Below are positions 61,252 to 64,000 of a stretch of 64,000 nucleotides of DNA, piece by piece (position 1 is the first letter of the stretch; each line of letters opens with the position of its first letter). A program made the translations under genes and the position numbers. Source of the stretch: Candidatus Latescibacterota bacterium (GTDB lineage Bacteria; Latescibacterota; UBA2968); NCBI GenBank assembly GCA_965204745.1, contig OZ242010.1, positions 2,464,001-2,528,000 of the forward strand, read 5' to 3'. The notes under the pieces were generated by a model. That model was given only the letters and a program-made list of their open reading frames with translations, did not search any database and was not told where the DNA came from.

Positions 61252-61884
61252 ATGGCATCTCTTGGGATTTGCAACCTCGAAGGCGAAGAAGTCGGATCGA
61301 TTGACTTGCCCGAAACCGTTTTTGGCATCGCGCCATCTGCGGACGCGATTTACTACGCGGTCAAAGCGTATTTGACCAATCAGCGGCAGGGCAATGCCTC
61401 GACGAAAACCCGTGCGGAAGTCAATCGGACGAAGCGCAAAATGTATCGCCAGAAGGGGACCGGGCGCGCCCGCAAGGGCACGGCAGGATCGCCCATTTTG
61501 ATCGGTGGCGGGGTGGCGCACGGGCCGAGGCCAAAAAATTTTCGGGAGCGCGTGCCCAAGAAAGTCAAAAGGCTGGCGATGCGCTCGGCATTTTCGCAAA
61601 AGGCTATCGACAATGCCATCTCGGTTTTGGAAGATTTTGAACTCGAAACCCCGAAGACAAAGCAAATGGCAGACATGGCGCGCAGGCTCGACATTCAAGG
61701 CCAAAAGGCATTGCTCTTGACGGACGGCATCTCTGAAAACACGGTCAAATCCTGTCGCAATATCCCCAAACTTTCCGTGTTGCCCGTCGCGCAAGTTTCG
61801 ACTTATGACCTGATCCACGCAGACGCGCTCGTTCTCACGCGCAGCGCGGTTTCTCGCATTCGATCCCTGTGGGGTGCCTCGTGA
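61252..61884 (+). CDS. rplD: 50S ribosomal protein L4
   Basis: RQGNASTKTR, QKGTGRAR, GGGVAHGP. Confidence 0.98.
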   Translation: MASLGICNLEGEEVGSIDLPETVFGIAPSADAIYYAVKAYLTNQRQGNASTKTRAEVNRTKRKMYRQKGTGRARKGTAGSPILIGGGVAHGPRPKNFRERVPKKVKRLAMRSAFSQKAIDNAISVLEDFELETPKTKQMADMARRLDIQGQKALLLTDGISENTVKSCRNIPKLSVLPVAQVSTYDLIHADALVLTRSAVSRIRSLWGAS

Positions 61885-62168
61885 AAAATTCGATGCAGAT
61901 TATTCGGCGTCCCGTGATTACAGAGCGGGCTTCCAATTTGCAGGAAACGCACAACAAGTACGTGTTTGAAGTTCATGCCCGCGCCAACAAGGTCGATATT
62001 CAGCGTGCGGTCGAGGCCCTGTTCGACGTCGATGTCGTCAAGATCAATACGAGCACCGTACACGGCAAGGTCAAGCGGCTCGGCCGGTTTCAGGGTAAGC
62101 GTTCCAACTGGAAGAAGGCCGTCGTCACCCTTGCCGATGGACACAGCATCGACTTCTTTGAAGGATGA
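61881..62168 (+). CDS. rplW: 50S ribosomal protein L23
   Basis: [20 protein letters not shown]. Confidence 0.97.
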   Translation: MKNSMQIIRRPVITERASNLQETHNKYVFEVHARANKVDIQRAVEALFDVDVVKINTSTVHGKVKRLGRFQGKRSNWKKAVVTLADGHSIDFFEG

Positions 62169-62172
62169 TCCC

Positions 62173-62997
62173 ATGCCCGTAAAAAAATTTCGCCCACTCA
62201 CGCCTTCGCTGCGATTTAAGACCGTCTCTTCGTTTGACGAGATCACAAAAACTTCGCCCGAAAAATCCCTGATTGAACCCAACAAAAAATCCGGGGGGCG
62301 CAACAATCGGGGGCGCATTACGATTCGGCGGCGCGGCGGCGGGCATCGGCGCAATTATCGGCGCATCGATTTCAAACGCGACAAAGTGGGCGTGCCCGCG
62401 ATTGTCCACAGCATCGAATACGATCCCAACCGGTCGGCGCGCATCGCGCTCTTGCATTATGTCGATGGCGAAAAACGCTATATTCTCGCGCCGATTGGGC
62501 TGGCTGTCGGCGATGAGGTCACATCTGGCACCGATGCAGAGATTCGACCGGGCAACGCGCTTCCCTTGTCGAATATTCCCTTGGGTAGCAATGTACACAA
62601 TGTCGAACTCAAACCCGGAAAGGGCGGGCAACTGGGCCGGTCCGCGGGCGCGGAAATTCAAGTGATGGCGAAAGAGGGCAATTTTGCGACCCTTCGGTTG
62701 CCTTCTGGCGAGCGTCGATTGGTTTTGGTATCGTGTTATGCGACCATTGGGCAGGTTGGAAATTTGGAGCACGAAAATGTCGTCGTTGGGAAGGCCGGGC
62801 GGAGTCGCTGGTTGGGCAAGCGCCCGAAAGTGCGCGGCGTTGCGATGAACCCCGTCGATCACCCCCACGGCGGCGGCGAAGGCAGGGCCTCGGGCGGCGG
62901 GCATCCGGTAACGCCGTGGGGACAACCCACCAAGGGGTACAAAACGCGGAAAAAGAAAAACAAGTCCGACCAAATGATCATTCAGAGACGCAAGTAA
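62173..62997 (+). CDS. rplB: 50S ribosomal protein L2
   Basis: [30 protein letters not shown]. Confidence 0.99.
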   Translation: MPVKKFRPLTPSLRFKTVSSFDEITKTSPEKSLIEPNKKSGGRNNRGRITIRRRGGGHRRNYRRIDFKRDKVGVPAIVHSIEYDPNRSARIALLHYVDGEKRYILAPIGLAVGDEVTSGTDAEIRPGNALPLSNIPLGSNVHNVELKPGKGGQLGRSAGAEIQVMAKEGNFATLRLPSGERRLVLVSCYATIGQVGNLEHENVVVGKAGRSRWLGKRPKVRGVAMNPVDHPHGGGEGRASGGGHPVTPWGQPTKGYKTRKKKNKSDQMIIQRRK

Positions 62998-63011
62998 CAG
63001 GAGTATTATCT

Positions 63012-63299
63012 ATGGCACGGTCAATCAAAAAAGGGCCTTTTATCGAGCCGAGTCTCTTAAAGAAGATCGATCTGATGAATAAGACCGGCAACAAGCGCGT
63101 GATTCAGACCTGGGCGCGGCGTTCGACAATCGCGCCGGAGTTTGTGGGTCACACGCTGGCTGTACACAATGGCAACAAATTCATCCCGGTTTATATCACC
63201 GAGAACATGGTCGGGCACAAACTCGGCGAATTTGCCCCCACGCGCACGCATCGCGGCAACAGGGGCAGATCGACCGAACGCGCCACTTCACTGAAGTAA
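63012..63299 (+). CDS. rpsS: 30S ribosomal protein S19
   Basis: [21 protein letters not shown]. Confidence 0.98.
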   Translation: MARSIKKGPFIEPSLLKKIDLMNKTGNKRVIQTWARRSTIAPEFVGHTLAVHNGNKFIPVYITENMVGHKLGEFAPTRTHRGNRGRSTERATSLK

Positions 63300-63317
63300 T
63301 TGAGATTGGAATTGCAA

Positions 63318-63659
63318 ATGGAAACTCGGGCCGTATTGCGCTATTCGAGAATTTCGCCGCGTAAGGCGAGGCAGGTGGTCGATCTCGTGCGGGGGAAAGA
63401 CGTGGAGGAGGCGTTCCACATCTTGCGATTTACCCCCAAAAAGGCCGCGCGCATCGTAGAACGCACCTTGCAATCCGCTGTTGCAAATGCGGTCAACCGC
63501 GAGGAAACAGATGTCGTAGAAGAGGAGCTCTTTGTGAAAGAGGCGTATGTCGATGGCGGCATCGCGTTGAAGCGGTTGCGTCCGCAGCCTCGCGGGGCAG
63601 CCGGATTGATTCGCAAGCGGTACAGCCACATCACGCTGGTCGTTTCAGACGAGGCATAG
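63318..63659 (+). CDS. rplV: 50S ribosomal protein L22
   Basis: RISPRKAR, SAVANA, SHITLVV. Confidence 0.97.
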   Translation: METRAVLRYSRISPRKARQVVDLVRGKDVEEAFHILRFTPKKAARIVERTLQSAVANAVNREETDVVEEELFVKEAYVDGGIALKRLRPQPRGAAGLIRKRYSHITLVVSDEA

Positions 63660-63668
63660 GAGACTACT

Positions 63669-64000
63669 GTGGGCCAAAAAACGCATCCTATCGGAGTGAG
63701 GTTGGGCATCGTCAAGGACTGGCACTCTCGCTGGTTTGCCAATCGCGATTTCGCCACCCTTCTAGAAGAAGACCTCATGCTTAGGCGGTACATCAACAGC
63801 CGGTTGCAACGGGCGAGCGTGGCGCAAATAGATATCGAGCGCGCGCCCAAGCGGGTGACCATTTCGATTCACACCGCGCGTCCGGGCATTGTCATTGGGC
63901 GAAAAGGCGCGGAGGTCGATAAATTGCGAGACGAGTTGAAGCACCTGACCGGGAAGGAAATTTACATCAATATCAACGAGATCAAGCGTCCTGAACTCAA
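63669..64000 (+). CDS. rpsC: 30S ribosomal protein S3, 3' partial
   Basis: GTG start, GQKTHPIGVRLG, ARPGIVIGRKG; runs off the window end. Confidence 0.96.
   Translation, partial: MGQKTHPIGVRLGIVKDWHSRWFANRDFATLLEEDLMLRRYINSRLQRASVAQIDIERAPKRVTISIHTARPGIVIGRKGAEVDKLRDELKHLTGKEIYININEIKRPEL

Overview
Bacterial chromosomal window with four parts. (1) 1-23.9 kb: a Wzx/Wzy-type surface-polysaccharide cluster (wzy-like fragment, wzx, three GT4 glycosyltransferases, two CapK-like AMP ligases, DUF362, PHP + HisC-like pair, bi-domain oxidoreductase, carbamoyltransferase, methyltransferase, heparinase II/III-like, Wzz-like, priming sugar transferase, CapD-like dehydratase), with a perfect 17-bp tandem repeat filling the spacer before the priming transferase. 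(2) 24-34.6 kb: sugar/acid catabolic genes, an intact IS5-family (IS903-like) element inserted in a heptamer array, a DUF5916 protein, a REP-like mosaic and a BCCT transporter. (3) 34.6-39.3 kb: a small accessory island with a nuclease-like/glycine-zipper gene pair and what reads as a collapsed type III CRISPR-Cas operon (Cas10 HD fragment + Csm4-like fragment fused in frame to a CARF-HEPN effector; no array in the window). (4) 39.3-64 kb: thrC, a SAM-II riboswitch + metB, four tRNAs and the contiguous secE-nusG-rplKAJL-rpoBC-str-S10 core cluster, with unusual substitutions in the RpoB rifampicin pocket and the S12 loop. The lineage is inferred, not proven, to be FCB-group (Latescibacterota/Gemmatimonadota-like). 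All family calls come from motifs recognised by eye; no database searches were run.
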